From: a bacterium
Lineage (GTDB): Bacteria > Zhuqueibacterota > Zhuqueibacteria > Oceanimicrobiales > Oceanimicrobiaceae
Reading direction: 5' to 3'
DNA length: 64,000 nt
Assembly (NCBI GenBank): GCA_046758365.1
Contig: JBHIAC010000001.1
Span: 84,943 to 148,942, forward strand
Below, one piece after another: positions 1-10,484 of this stretch (positions are counted from its first letter, which is position 1; each line of letters opens with the position of its first letter). The notes under the pieces were generated by a model. The model saw only the letters and a program-made list of their open reading frames with translations. It was not told the origin of the DNA and did no database searches. The translations under genes and the position numbers were made by a program.

Positions 1-47
1 ACTGGATTAACTGATAAGCCATATAAAAAAATAGGTTCAAATAACTT

Positions 48-1154
48 ATGAGAGTTCCGTTTGTTGATCTGCTTCAACATCATGCGAATATTCGAGAAGA
101 AATCAATGGTGCTATCGCAAGGATTATTGACGAAGGTAATTTTATTTTAGGAAAGAATGTACGACTGTTTGAAGAAGAATTTGCAAACTACTGCGGGGTA
201 AAATATGGTGTGGGGGTAGCCTCCGGTACCGATGCATTGCATTTGTCGCTTAGGGCTTGTGAAGTTGGACCTGGAGATGAGGTAATTACCTCAGCAAATA
301 CTTTTTATGCCACCGTATTAGCGATAACTATGACCGGGGCCAAACCGGTTTTGGTCGATAACCATCCGAATACTTACACTATGGATATCGAAAAATTAGA
401 AACAGTCATAAGTGAGAAGACGAAAGCTATTATCCCGGTGCATCTCTATGGTCAGATGACGACCCATATAGATAGACTATTAGAGATATCTCAACGGCGG
501 GGGATTTGGGTTATTGAAGATGCCTGTCAAGCGCATGGGGCTGAATATAAAGGGCGAAAAGCAGGAAGTTGGGGAGAGCTAGCCTGCTTTAGTTTCTATC
601 CAGTTAAAAACTTAGGGGCTTTAGGAGATGCCGGCCTCGTTGTTTCAAATAATGAAACCATCATTATGCATTTGCGGCAAATGCGGAATTTGGGGGAAAA
701 GCAAAAGTATCAACATGTACTTAAAGGGTTTAATAGCCGTATGGACGAAATCCAAGCGATTATTTTACATGTAAAGTTAAAATATCTAAATCGATGGAAT
801 AAGCAACGTCAGCGTATTGCAAGAATTTATCGAGATACCTTAAATCCACAAGTTTGTCAATTACCCGTTGAAGCTGAAGGATGTAAACATGTTTATCACC
901 TATTTGTTGTTCGAGTTAAGCATCGGGAGTCATTACAACAATTTTTGCGACAAGCTGGAATTAGTACTTTAATTCATTATCCTTATCCTATTCATTTACA
1001 ACAAGCCTTTTCCGATTTGGGATATAAAAAGGGTGATTTCCCGATAGCAGAAAAATACGCTGAAGAAATCCTATCCTTGCCACTTTATCCTGAAATGAAA
1101 GAGGCATCCGCTCATTATGTAGCTCAAAAAATTAATGAATTCTATTTAACATAG
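48..1154 (+). CDS. DegT/DnrJ/EryC1/StrS family PLP-dependent sugar aminotransferase
   Basis: Motifs SGTDAL, IIPVHLYG, IEDACQAHG, FSFYPVKNLG (PLP lysine) and GFNSRMDE. Confidence 0.95.
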   Translation: MRVPFVDLLQHHANIREEINGAIARIIDEGNFILGKNVRLFEEEFANYCGVKYGVGVASGTDALHLSLRACEVGPGDEVITSANTFYATVLAITMTGAKPVLVDNHPNTYTMDIEKLETVISEKTKAIIPVHLYGQMTTHIDRLLEISQRRGIWVIEDACQAHGAEYKGRKAGSWGELACFSFYPVKNLGALGDAGLVVSNNETIIMHLRQMRNLGEKQKYQHVLKGFNSRMDEIQAIILHVKLKYLNRWNKQRQRIARIYRDTLNPQVCQLPVEAEGCKHVYHLFVVRVKHRESLQQFLRQAGISTLIHYPYPIHLQQAFSDLGYKKGDFPIAEKYAEEILSLPLYPEMKEASAHYVAQKINEFYLT

Positions 1155-1162
1155 GACAAGCC

Positions 1163-1927
1163 ATGCAAGTATCATCTCTTTCTATAAGCATACCAGCCTA
1201 TAATGATGAAGCAACTATTGAAGAGGTCATCAAGGAAGCTGAATCTGTGGCCAGCTCTATCACAAATGATTATGAAATTTTTCTAGTAAATGATGGAAGT
1301 TTAGATTCAACCGGATCGATTATCGACCGGATGGCAGATAGCAATGAGAACATTCGAGTTATTCATCATGGAATCAATAAAGGATTTGGTGAAACTCTAA
1401 AGAAAATTTTTACTGAACCTAAGAGAGAGTATATCTATTTTGCTCCAGGTGACGGTCAAGTTAAAGTTAGAGAAATATATAAACTCTTACCATTTATGAA
1501 TAGATTGGATTTTGTACTCGGATATCGTAAAAACCGTCGAGATCCTTTTATACGGTTAGCGAATTCCTATATTTACAACTTGTTGATTAGTTTATTTCTC
1601 TTTAAAAGAGTCCGGGATGTTAACAGTGTAGTACTTTTTAAGCGAAAGATTATCGAAGATATGGTACTTGAAAGTAACAGCGCTTTCATTCATGCTGAAT
1701 TGTTTATTAAAATAGTAAAAAAAGGCTTACGTTGGGGGGAGGTAGTGATCGACCATTATCCTCGAATCGCTGAGAATCCTGGTGGGGGAGGAAATTTCAA
1801 GGTCATTTTTCGAACTATATTAGACCTGTTTCATATTTCAAAGAGACTCAAAGATTTCAACAATAAGGATGGACATGAAATTATTCAAAACTCAGAAAGT
1901 AAAATTCTCACTCGGAATCATTATTAG
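1163..1927 (+). CDS. GT2 glycosyltransferase, DPM1/ArnC-like (polyprenyl-phosphate sugar synthase type)
   Basis: Motifs IPAYNDE, VNDGSLD, NKGFG, GDGQ and GYRKNRRD. Confidence 0.88.
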   Translation: MQVSSLSISIPAYNDEATIEEVIKEAESVASSITNDYEIFLVNDGSLDSTGSIIDRMADSNENIRVIHHGINKGFGETLKKIFTEPKREYIYFAPGDGQVKVREIYKLLPFMNRLDFVLGYRKNRRDPFIRLANSYIYNLLISLFLFKRVRDVNSVVLFKRKIIEDMVLESNSAFIHAELFIKIVKKGLRWGEVVIDHYPRIAENPGGGGNFKVIFRTILDLFHISKRLKDFNNKDGHEIIQNSESKILTRNHY

Positions 1928-2924
1928 TCTAATCTCCTTATATTGGGCTTTCAAAGATGTTAATTTTCAGCAGATCATTGATAGTTTTAAGCTTATTAAT
2001 TTTCAATATCTACCTATTGTTCTAGGTCTTTTACTATTGAGTCTTTTTTTACGTACTCTGCGTTGGAAACTATTACTCTCTCCTATTCGAAAAGAAAGTA
2101 TAAAAAATATTTTCTCTGTTTTGATGATTGGGTATTTGGGCAACAACGTTTTACCAGCTCGTATGGGGGAAGTTCTGCGTTCTCTGGTTTTAAATAAAAA
2201 TTATGGCTATAGTAAAAGCGCTTCTCTTGCCACCATTATCTTAGAGCGTCTGTTTGATGGCATTACCCTTTTAATCTATTTGGGAATAGCACTTTGGTTT
2301 TTCCCTTTTCCAGAATGGGTAAAAAACGGAGGCCGTGTCTTAGGCGCAGCTTTTTTATTTGCCATGATTCTTTTGTATGTTATGCTGATCAAAAAGAAAA
2401 CCGTAATTAAATTTATTTCTCTCATATTCGTCGTTGATTCCTTGTCGATAAAAATCAGCGCACTTTTTGACAGATTTAATTCTGGTTTAAAGATATTGAA
2501 GGAGAAAAGGAAGCTTTTGGGTATCTCCGGTCTTTCTTTATGTATTTGGTTTATCGAGGCTCTATTTGTTTTTACCATTATTAAATCCTTCGGGCTCAAT
2601 CTTTCGTTCTTAGCTCCTCTATTTGTTACCATTATGGTGAGTTTGGGCACTATGATTCCATCGTCACCTGGCTATGTTGGAACTTATCAACTTCTGTGTA
2701 TTGCTGCATTTGTTCCTTTTGGTGTTGAAAAAGATTTAGCCTTAAGCATATCCATTTTGATGCACGGAATAATTTTAATTGTCACTACTGGTCTGGGTCT
2801 CTACAGTTTTTGGCGGGAGCATGTGAATTTGATGAACTTTAAACAGGAAGTAGAACGCAGTACAATGAAACATAAAGTATCAAAAATCCCGCAAGAAGAG
2901 ATTTTTGAGCACCGCAATAACTAA
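1875..2924 (+). CDS. Lysylphosphatidylglycerol-synthase TM / UPF0104 flippase-like membrane protein
   Basis: Motifs RTLRW, GYLGNNVLPARMGEVLR, ERLFD and PSSPGYVG; multi-TM. Start placed at ATG 1875 after AAGGA (track start 1869). Confidence 0.88.
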   Translation: MKLFKTQKVKFSLGIIISLISLYWAFKDVNFQQIIDSFKLINFQYLPIVLGLLLLSLFLRTLRWKLLLSPIRKESIKNIFSVLMIGYLGNNVLPARMGEVLRSLVLNKNYGYSKSASLATIILERLFDGITLLIYLGIALWFFPFPEWVKNGGRVLGAAFLFAMILLYVMLIKKKTVIKFISLIFVVDSLSIKISALFDRFNSGLKILKEKRKLLGISGLSLCIWFIEALFVFTIIKSFGLNLSFLAPLFVTIMVSLGTMIPSSPGYVGTYQLLCIAAFVPFGVEKDLALSISILMHGIILIVTTGLGLYSFWREHVNLMNFKQEVERSTMKHKVSKIPQEEIFEHRNN

Positions 2925-4419
2925 GGACTCAATAACATTACACCAAATGAGTAAAAATAAGGAATATCTGCTACTATTTGTCATAATTTTATTAGGTCTT
3001 GTGCTTAGATTATACCGACTTGATAATCAAAGCCTTTGGATTGACGAGGTAATGCGCCTAAATATAGCTACACAAAACAGTATATCAGATATCCTCAGTG
3101 TGAATTATAAATGGGACAGTCAACCACCTGTTTATCACTTGTTGAATCATTGGTGGCTCAAAATAAGCCAGAGGGTTTTTTGGATAAGAACGTTACCCCT
3201 TATTTTCGGTGTGATGACTATCCCCCTTATTTATGCTTTAGGCGCATACTATTTTAATAAAAAAGTAGGACTATTGGCCGCTTTTATTTTATCCTTATCG
3301 CCGTTCCATGTTTGGCATTCTCAAGATGCAAATATGTACACCCTGTTGATTTTCCTTACGGTATTATCAATCTATTCTATGTTAAAAATATTAGATGAAA
3401 AGCGATTGATTTGGTATATTGTATATATTTGTGCAACCTTATTGGGTTTATATACCCATTATTATTTTAGTTCAGTAGTTATCGCTACAAATCTATTTGT
3501 ATTTTTATTCTTCAAGAAATATTCTTATAGAATCCGCTTTTGGATTATCACACAAATAGGCATTGGGTTATTAACTTTACCAGATATCTGGTTTTTTTTA
3601 AAATTAACTACGCCTTTTTATGACATGGGTGTTCAAGGAAGAGGATTTACCTTTTGGTCATTTCCATATACATTTTTTACTTTCATAAATGGATATTCAA
3701 TAGGTCCCGCACCAAACGAATTGCATTCCTCTTTATCGATTAATTTTGTTATGGGAAAATATGCCTATATTATTTTGCCTATTTTCTTAGTGATTTCATT
3801 TTTGGTTTTGGCTGGTTTTTTGAGGCTGAAATCTTTTGATAAGGTTGCATTTTGGTTTATAATTTTAATCACACTTATACCCGTTCTATTTATTATGGCG
3901 GGCGTCATGATTGTTTTTCCTAAATATAATGTCCGCTACGCCTTTGGGGGATTTCCTACCCTTTGTTTGCTACTAAGCATAGGAGTCCACTACTTTAAAA
4001 ATAAAGTATATCAAAGTTTAATACTAACAATCTTTATTGCAATGAGTCTTTTTTCGCTGAGTAATTATTATTACAATACGAAATATCATAAAGAGGAGTC
4101 TAGAGCGGCTGCTCAGTATATCCATTCCCATATCAAGAATAATGACGCCATCTTAGTTTCTTTAATCAAGGAACCGTTTAAATACTACTTTGGCGAAGAG
4201 AGAAATGTTTATGGTGTCTATGGGAATGATTTGGATTCATCTGATGGATATGATAAACTTGATCAAATTCTTGGTAAACATAATAGGCTTTGGTTGGTCT
4301 ATGCAAGAGCCTGGATCACAGATCCTAAGGGAGATTTATTAAAACATTTAAATCGGACTTATAAAATGAAGCAAGTTAAAAGTTTTCCTGGCGTGAAAGT
4401 TTTTCTTTTTTCCTCTTAA
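2905..4419 (+). CDS. GT-C (GT39/PMT/ArnT-like) integral membrane glycosyltransferase
   Basis: LRLYRLDNQSLWIDE acidic loop, QPPVYH, SPFHVWHSQ; many TMs plus a C-terminal soluble domain. Start may be ATG 2947. Confidence 0.85.
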   Translation: MSTAITKDSITLHQMSKNKEYLLLFVIILLGLVLRLYRLDNQSLWIDEVMRLNIATQNSISDILSVNYKWDSQPPVYHLLNHWWLKISQRVFWIRTLPLIFGVMTIPLIYALGAYYFNKKVGLLAAFILSLSPFHVWHSQDANMYTLLIFLTVLSIYSMLKILDEKRLIWYIVYICATLLGLYTHYYFSSVVIATNLFVFLFFKKYSYRIRFWIITQIGIGLLTLPDIWFFLKLTTPFYDMGVQGRGFTFWSFPYTFFTFINGYSIGPAPNELHSSLSINFVMGKYAYIILPIFLVISFLVLAGFLRLKSFDKVAFWFIILITLIPVLFIMAGVMIVFPKYNVRYAFGGFPTLCLLLSIGVHYFKNKVYQSLILTIFIAMSLFSLSNYYYNTKYHKEESRAAAQYIHSHIKNNDAILVSLIKEPFKYYFGEERNVYGVYGNDLDSSDGYDKLDQILGKHNRLWLVYARAWITDPKGDLLKHLNRTYKMKQVKSFPGVKVFLFSS

Positions 4420-4477
4420 AATATTTTTAGACCTCTTAATAAGGAATTGGTAAAAAAATTTCAATATGGTTTAGCAA

Positions 4478-5671
4478 ATGAAAATAGCGATAATGGGTAT
4501 CAGGGGCATTCCTGCCAACTATGGTGGATTCGAGACTTTCACAGAAGAATTGGCTACCCGCCTGGTCAAAAAAGGGCATGAAGTAACAGTATATGGTAGA
4601 TCAAATAATATAAAATATCATGACAAATTTTATAAAGGAGTGAGAATTAGAGTTCTTCCAACAATTAGCCATAAATATTTTGATACGGTAGCCCACACCT
4701 TCTTCTGTGTTTTAGACACCCTTATACGTGATTTTGAGGTTATATTGATTTGTAATAGTGCAAACAGTTTATTCTCTTTTATTCCACGATTGACCAGAAA
4801 AAAAGTTATTGTGAATGTGGATGGATTAGAGTGGAAGCGAGATAAATGGAATATCCTCGGTAAATCTTTCTATAAAATTTCTGAATTTCTTTCCACCTTT
4901 ATGCCCAATGCTATTGTCACCGATGCAGAGCATATACGGGATTATTACTTAAAAAAATTCAATAAAATTTCTACATTCATTCCTTACGGGGCCCCAACCC
5001 ATAGAGTTCAGACCTTTGAGGTTTTGAAAAGATTTGGACTAGAAAGTAGAAAATACATTCTATATGTTAGTCGTCTTGAACCAGAAAACAATGCGCATCT
5101 TGTAATTAAAACATTTGAAAAAGTCAAAACAGATTTAAAACTGGTAATTGTTGGCGATGCCCCTTACAATACTAAATATATTCAAGAGTTGAAAGCAACA
5201 AATGATCCCAGGGTGATTTTTACTGGTTATGTTTTTGGCAAAGGATACCAAGAATTACAAAGTCATGCTTATTTTTATGTTCAGGCTACTGAGGTTGGAG
5301 GAACCCATCCCGCACTTGTAGAGGGAATGGGTTTTGGTAATTGTATCCTTGCGAATGACGTTCCTGAACATAGAGAAGTGTTAGCGGATTGCGGATTATA
5401 TTTCAGTTCTGAAACGCCGGGAGATTTCCGAGATAAAATACATTACCTTGTAAATCATCCAGAGCTTGTGGCTGATTTTCAAGAAAAAGCAAATCACCGG
5501 GCCAAAGAAATGTATTCTTGGGAGCGGGTTGTCCAAAAATACGAAAACCTTTTTTCCGAGATTTTGAAAAATCCACTTCCCAAAAACCAGAACGATTCTA
5601 AGTTAATGGAAAATAAGATGAATAATCCAGTACAACAAACCTTGCAAAGAGATTTGAAAGTACAAAAATAA
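4478..5671 (+). CDS. GT4 glycosyltransferase with DUF1972-type N-terminus
   Basis: Motifs GIRGIPANYGGFETF, NVDGLEWKR, SRLEPENN and EVGGTHPALVEGM. Confidence 0.92.
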   Translation: MKIAIMGIRGIPANYGGFETFTEELATRLVKKGHEVTVYGRSNNIKYHDKFYKGVRIRVLPTISHKYFDTVAHTFFCVLDTLIRDFEVILICNSANSLFSFIPRLTRKKVIVNVDGLEWKRDKWNILGKSFYKISEFLSTFMPNAIVTDAEHIRDYYLKKFNKISTFIPYGAPTHRVQTFEVLKRFGLESRKYILYVSRLEPENNAHLVIKTFEKVKTDLKLVIVGDAPYNTKYIQELKATNDPRVIFTGYVFGKGYQELQSHAYFYVQATEVGGTHPALVEGMGFGNCILANDVPEHREVLADCGLYFSSETPGDFRDKIHYLVNHPELVADFQEKANHRAKEMYSWERVVQKYENLFSEILKNPLPKNQNDSKLMENKMNNPVQQTLQRDLKVQK

Positions 5672-5672
5672 T

Positions 5673-7583
5673 ATGCATAAATCATTTGATAATAATTTAC
5701 AGAAAATTGCTGCAGTTCATTCACTCCCTCAAGAAAAAATTTTAACTATTTGTTTACTCGCTTGTTCTTTAATTCTAGTGGGTGTTTCCTTTTTTCTTCC
5801 TAGTGAAATATTACCTGATGAAGCTGGGTATCTTGAACAAGCGCACAAAGTTGCTTATGGCGGCCCCAATATGGGTTGGAACATTCGCCCATATTTTTAT
5901 CCAATTATTTTGAGTATTTCCCAATGGCCTGTAAAATTAATTGATATGAATAATTTTGTTTTAGAAATATATCTTTTTAGATTTTTTCATTTTTTTATAG
6001 GCTCTTTGACAATTTTGTTTGTTTATTTTATCGCCAAAGAATTATATGAGAAAAAAGTCATAGCTTTTATAGCAACTCTGTTATTTGGATTCTCAAATCT
6101 TTGGATTACGCAAAGTCCGCATGTAATGATGGATATCCCTAGTACACTATTTATTGTTATTGCATTCTGGTTTTTTATCAAGGGCTTAAAGGGATTCAAT
6201 ATAGCGAAAAATATTATTATTGCAGCTGTTGCTTATGGTTTTGCAGCTATGACAAAATTTTCCTCCGGTTTTTTTCTTCCTGCATTCTTTTTAATACCTT
6301 TTTTTACATTCAGACTCAGTACTAGAGAAAAGAAAAAAATATTGGGGCTATTCATAACGACCTCGTTCTTAATGTTGATAATTTTTATAATAATTGACCA
6401 TTTAGCTTGGGGAGGCTTCTTATCTAGTCTTCGGGGACATTTAAAATATCTTGCTAATGAATCTACATTAGCTAAACAGGAAAATTGGATTTTATATCCA
6501 ACCCCATTTCTAGTAAAAATGGAAATCTTTCATGAAAGTATTCCTTTAGCCTATTTAATATTTGGAGCATTAGGATTCATAAGTTCTATTCGAGAAGGAA
6601 AAGCTATTTTTATTTTTGTTATCCCTTATCTTTTATTTTTCTTTTTTGGATATTCTTATGCAGCGGAGTCCCGATATTTTGTGCCAATAGTCCCATTTGG
6701 AGCCATATTGGCTGCTAAAGGTATTTACTTTGTGATCATGGAAAAATTTTATGCTGTTAATCATATTAAATGGTTAAATAAAATCTTTCACGTTAAATTA
6801 ATTGTACCAATTATAGCTGGCCTCTCATTAGGCTTGTTTCTTTTTAACATGTTATCTACTTATGCTACTAATAGTTCAATATCATTTCTAAATAATCGTA
6901 CAATATTTGTAATAGGATGTATTCTATTTATTGTTTTAGCCTGGATATTCATAGCTTTTATTAGATCTAGTTTAAAAGAAGAAAAATTTGTGTCAGCTAT
7001 TTTGAGTAGTGCGGTTGTATTCTGGCCTTTATTTTTTCTTCTTCTCGGGTTGTCATTTAACTTAAAAAGATTTCAGCTATTATATATTATTTCTACTTTT
7101 TCACTTTTTCTGATTGTATTAATGTCTTCATTAATAATAAACCAGAAAAGAAAGTTATTATGGTTAAGTATTGGAGTTGTGATCGTTACCCATGGACCTC
7201 TTTTATTTGCTTTTAAAAAAATTGTTAAAGTACCGTCTCCCAGTTGGAAGCAATTGGCACTCATTATTGATAAAGAGAGCCATGAATATCCAGTAATAAA
7301 AAATATCGGTATTTTTGCTGGTTATTCAACTCTTACTAAATTTTATTCCCCCACCAAAAATGTGGTTGGCTATTGGCCTCGTCAGTCTGGGGAAGAAAGA
7401 TTCAGGAGTGATCTTAAAAGTAATTTACATTTAGTTGTTGTAAAAAATGATTATTTAAGTCACATTAAAAAGTGGCTCGAAGAATTTGGATTTGTTGTAC
7501 ATTCAGAGTATCAGCAATGGAATACAACAACCTATATAAATTATCAAAGATTTTCTCTCTACGAAATTAAACAACACATGTAA
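5673..7583 (+). CDS. Second GT-C (ArnT/PMT-like) membrane glycosyltransferase
   Basis: LPDEAGY after TM1, RPYFYP, MMDIPS, TKFS and ESRYFVP; very hydrophobic. Confidence 0.75.
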   Translation: MHKSFDNNLQKIAAVHSLPQEKILTICLLACSLILVGVSFFLPSEILPDEAGYLEQAHKVAYGGPNMGWNIRPYFYPIILSISQWPVKLIDMNNFVLEIYLFRFFHFFIGSLTILFVYFIAKELYEKKVIAFIATLLFGFSNLWITQSPHVMMDIPSTLFIVIAFWFFIKGLKGFNIAKNIIIAAVAYGFAAMTKFSSGFFLPAFFLIPFFTFRLSTREKKKILGLFITTSFLMLIIFIIIDHLAWGGFLSSLRGHLKYLANESTLAKQENWILYPTPFLVKMEIFHESIPLAYLIFGALGFISSIREGKAIFIFVIPYLLFFFFGYSYAAESRYFVPIVPFGAILAAKGIYFVIMEKFYAVNHIKWLNKIFHVKLIVPIIAGLSLGLFLFNMLSTYATNSSISFLNNRTIFVIGCILFIVLAWIFIAFIRSSLKEEKFVSAILSSAVVFWPLFFLLLGLSFNLKRFQLLYIISTFSLFLIVLMSSLIINQKRKLLWLSIGVVIVTHGPLLFAFKKIVKVPSPSWKQLALIIDKESHEYPVIKNIGIFAGYSTLTKFYSPTKNVVGYWPRQSGEERFRSDLKSNLHLVVVKNDYLSHIKKWLEEFGFVVHSEYQQWNTTTYINYQRFSLYEIKQHM

Positions 7584-7601
7584 CTAACCAAGCTATAATT
7601 T

Positions 7602-8984
7602 ATGAAGCTTTTAGTATTTTTTGCAGTAAATTTCGCCGTTATTTTCTGGTACTTATATAAATATCGAAATATTAAGTACTGGTTTATCCTGTTTCTTATT
7701 CTTTCCTCGTTACTTTACATTGGTCTTTACAGTTGGTTTTTAGGTGTGGATTATATTACCCTTTTTGATTTCTCATTGATTGGGCTATTGATTTTAGTAT
7801 TAAATAAAAAGAAACCTCATTTAAACAAATTTTCGCAAATTATCCTTCTTTTAGGATTTTGTTTTTTATTATGGACTTTATTATCTGCATTTGTGGCTTC
7901 TATTAATATATTATATTCATACGGGGGATTAATACTTTATGTTAAATCGTTTTTAGTTTTTTTTGTGATTTACACTCATATTGAGAGTACACGAGATTTT
8001 AGTGCTGTGCTTTATGCATTATTTGCTGCTCTCTTTTTTGAAGCAACGTTAGGATTTTATCAATGGAGATTTGCCACGACTGGATTAAATTTTTTGCATG
8101 ATACCCATGGTTATTATCGTTCGGTAGGCACATTCAATTTGCCCAATCTTTATGGCGCCTATTTAATAATGATTATGCCAATCCCACTTATTCTTATTAT
8201 TTCTAAGTCTTTTAAGTTACATTGGAATAGTTTCTTCATTTGGTTAGTCTCTGGGGTTTCATTATTAGCCCTGTTAGCTTCCTATTCTAGAAGCGCTTGG
8301 ATAGGTTTTATATTACAAATTTTCATTTTGATAATGCTATTACTCTTAAGAAGGAAATTAAAATATCGTGTGTTAAAATTTGCTATCATGATAGGATTAA
8401 TTGTTTTACCTATAATAGCAATATACGGAAATAGGATGATTGCAAGGTTTGAACATGCAGTAGAATCCTTAGAACAAAGAAATGTTTTGGTGGATGCCGC
8501 AGTAGAGACTATAGAAAAAAATCCAGTTTTTGGAGTAGGGTTAAAAAATTATGCTCGCTTTGGGTATCCAAAATGGTTAAAAAGGCCAGTAAATGCACGA
8601 GATCCAGAGAACGCGTTTTTATTGATAGCTGTAGAATCAGGCTTGCCAGCGGTTATCTTTTTTGTTTTAATATTAGGTATAACCATATTTAAAGGTTATA
8701 AATTCATGAAAGAGATAGACAATAAGTATTTACTTTTGATTTGTGCCGCAATTTTGAGTGCTATAATTGGTTTTATTGTTCAGAATCAAGGCGTTCCAGA
8801 ATTCCGACATTTTCCTATTCAAGTTTTATTTTGGTCAGAACTTGCAATTTTAGCAAAAGTAAAGTATCTCGATAGATTAGTAAATAGGGGAATTAAAATA
8901 AAGAATTATAGGAATACTCCTATGCCCCTAATTTCACAAAGTATTTCTCCGATGGATACTATTCAAAATGAATACCGGAAATAG
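7602..8984 (+). CDS. O-antigen ligase/polymerase (Wzy_C/WaaL) family protein
   Basis: RSVGTFNLPN, SYSRSAW and NPVFGVG; the usual H-N motif reads PENAFL. Confidence 0.85.
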   Translation: MKLLVFFAVNFAVIFWYLYKYRNIKYWFILFLILSSLLYIGLYSWFLGVDYITLFDFSLIGLLILVLNKKKPHLNKFSQIILLLGFCFLLWTLLSAFVASINILYSYGGLILYVKSFLVFFVIYTHIESTRDFSAVLYALFAALFFEATLGFYQWRFATTGLNFLHDTHGYYRSVGTFNLPNLYGAYLIMIMPIPLILIISKSFKLHWNSFFIWLVSGVSLLALLASYSRSAWIGFILQIFILIMLLLLRRKLKYRVLKFAIMIGLIVLPIIAIYGNRMIARFEHAVESLEQRNVLVDAAVETIEKNPVFGVGLKNYARFGYPKWLKRPVNARDPENAFLLIAVESGLPAVIFFVLILGITIFKGYKFMKEIDNKYLLLICAAILSAIIGFIVQNQGVPEFRHFPIQVLFWSELAILAKVKYLDRLVNRGIKIKNYRNTPMPLISQSISPMDTIQNEYRK

Positions 8985-10407
8985 TATTTTTAAAAATACG
9001 ACATATCTTATTGGCGGCCAATTTGTTTCAAGGATTATTAGAACAATCCTTATCATTATAATAGCAAGACAATATGGCCCAGAAGATTACGGGCAATACT
9101 CGTTCGCATTTGCCTTGGTTATATCATTCATTCTATTTGCCGATTTAGGTCTGATAAATTTTATTACTCGAGAAGTGGCAAGAAAAAAAGAAGATTTTTC
9201 TTCTTTTATTACCAATACATTTATATTAAAATCGTTTTATTCTGTTTTTACTGCTCTTACTATTTTAGGAATATGTTTTATCTCTCAGAAAAGTGACCAA
9301 GTAGTTATCATTGTATCCATTATTTTATTGGCCAGTATCATTGACTCTTTTATACTCGTTTTGAAGGCAGTTTTACAAGCGTTTGAAAAGATGGAGTATG
9401 AAGCAATAAGCGGAATACTTAAAAGTCTAATCATAACGGTATTTGCCGTTACCTTAATTTATTTTGAGCTTAAACTTCAAATCGTTGTGTTAGCATTCTT
9501 GATTGGACAAGTGTTTGAAGCCCTGTATTTGATTAAAATATATAAGGCAAAGTTTGGTAAAATATTCTCACGCCCCACTCTTTCACATTTGCCTAGTCTT
9601 GTAAAGAAAGCTCTGCCGTTTGGATGGCAACAAATCTTTGCTACCTTTTATACCTATGCGGATCGTTCTTTAATTTCATTTATTAAAGGGGATGAAGCCG
9701 TAGGTTATTATGATGCATCTTATAAAACAATTGTAATCGCTACTTTCATTATGATGGCATTTGGAAAAGCTGTTTATCCAACTTTTTCTCGTTTATATGA
9801 GACATCTTTAATATCGTTCAATAAGCTTTTAAAGAGTATAATTAAAATATCTGTATGGGTAGGGATTGGATTTGGAATATTAATTTTCATGAATGCCAAA
9901 TCCATTGTCCTTTTTTTGTTCGGGAATCAATATCTATCAGCCTGCAATTCTATGAAGATTCTTGCTTGGGCTGGCTTATTCTTAATTATCAATTTAGTTT
10001 TGGGGCCAATTATTAGAGCTATGAACAGAGAACGTTTCACCGCAAAAGTTGCAGTAACAGCTTTCTTTGTTAATATTCTAGCCAATCTTTTTCTAATTAA
10101 AAGAATAGGAATCGAGGGAGCAGCTATATCAACATTACTGACTGAATTTTTAGTTTTTGTACTCTACATTAAATTACTTCATCAAGAGTTTAGAACTCTC
10201 ATTTCAAGTCTTGATTTTGTGAAACTGTCTTTTTGTACCTCTGTTTTTGCTTTTTCAAGTTTTATCTTCAAAGACATCTCTTTTGGGATTACAATTATTC
10301 TACTTCCTGGCATTTTTTTCGTGTCATTAATACTAACTAAATATATTAGTGCAACCGAAAGAAAGATGTTTTGGGAATGGCTTGTACCAGCAGCCGATGA
10401 ATATTAA
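8968..10407 (+). CDS. wzx: Wzx-type oligosaccharide flippase
   Basis: ARQYGPEDYG, ADLG...REVAR, D...G.EAVGYY; about 12-14 TMs. Confidence 0.9.
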   Translation: MNTGNSIFKNTTYLIGGQFVSRIIRTILIIIIARQYGPEDYGQYSFAFALVISFILFADLGLINFITREVARKKEDFSSFITNTFILKSFYSVFTALTILGICFISQKSDQVVIIVSIILLASIIDSFILVLKAVLQAFEKMEYEAISGILKSLIITVFAVTLIYFELKLQIVVLAFLIGQVFEALYLIKIYKAKFGKIFSRPTLSHLPSLVKKALPFGWQQIFATFYTYADRSLISFIKGDEAVGYYDASYKTIVIATFIMMAFGKAVYPTFSRLYETSLISFNKLLKSIIKISVWVGIGFGILIFMNAKSIVLFLFGNQYLSACNSMKILAWAGLFLIINLVLGPIIRAMNRERFTAKVAVTAFFVNILANLFLIKRIGIEGAAISTLLTEFLVFVLYIKLLHQEFRTLISSLDFVKLSFCTSVFAFSSFIFKDISFGITIILLPGIFFVSLILTKYISATERKMFWEWLVPAADEY

Positions 10408-10484
10408 ATGAAATTCAGTGATTGAATCCTAAGGTGGAGTAAATAATAGTATTGGAAATTTTATTGAATTGGGAGTTTTGATTT

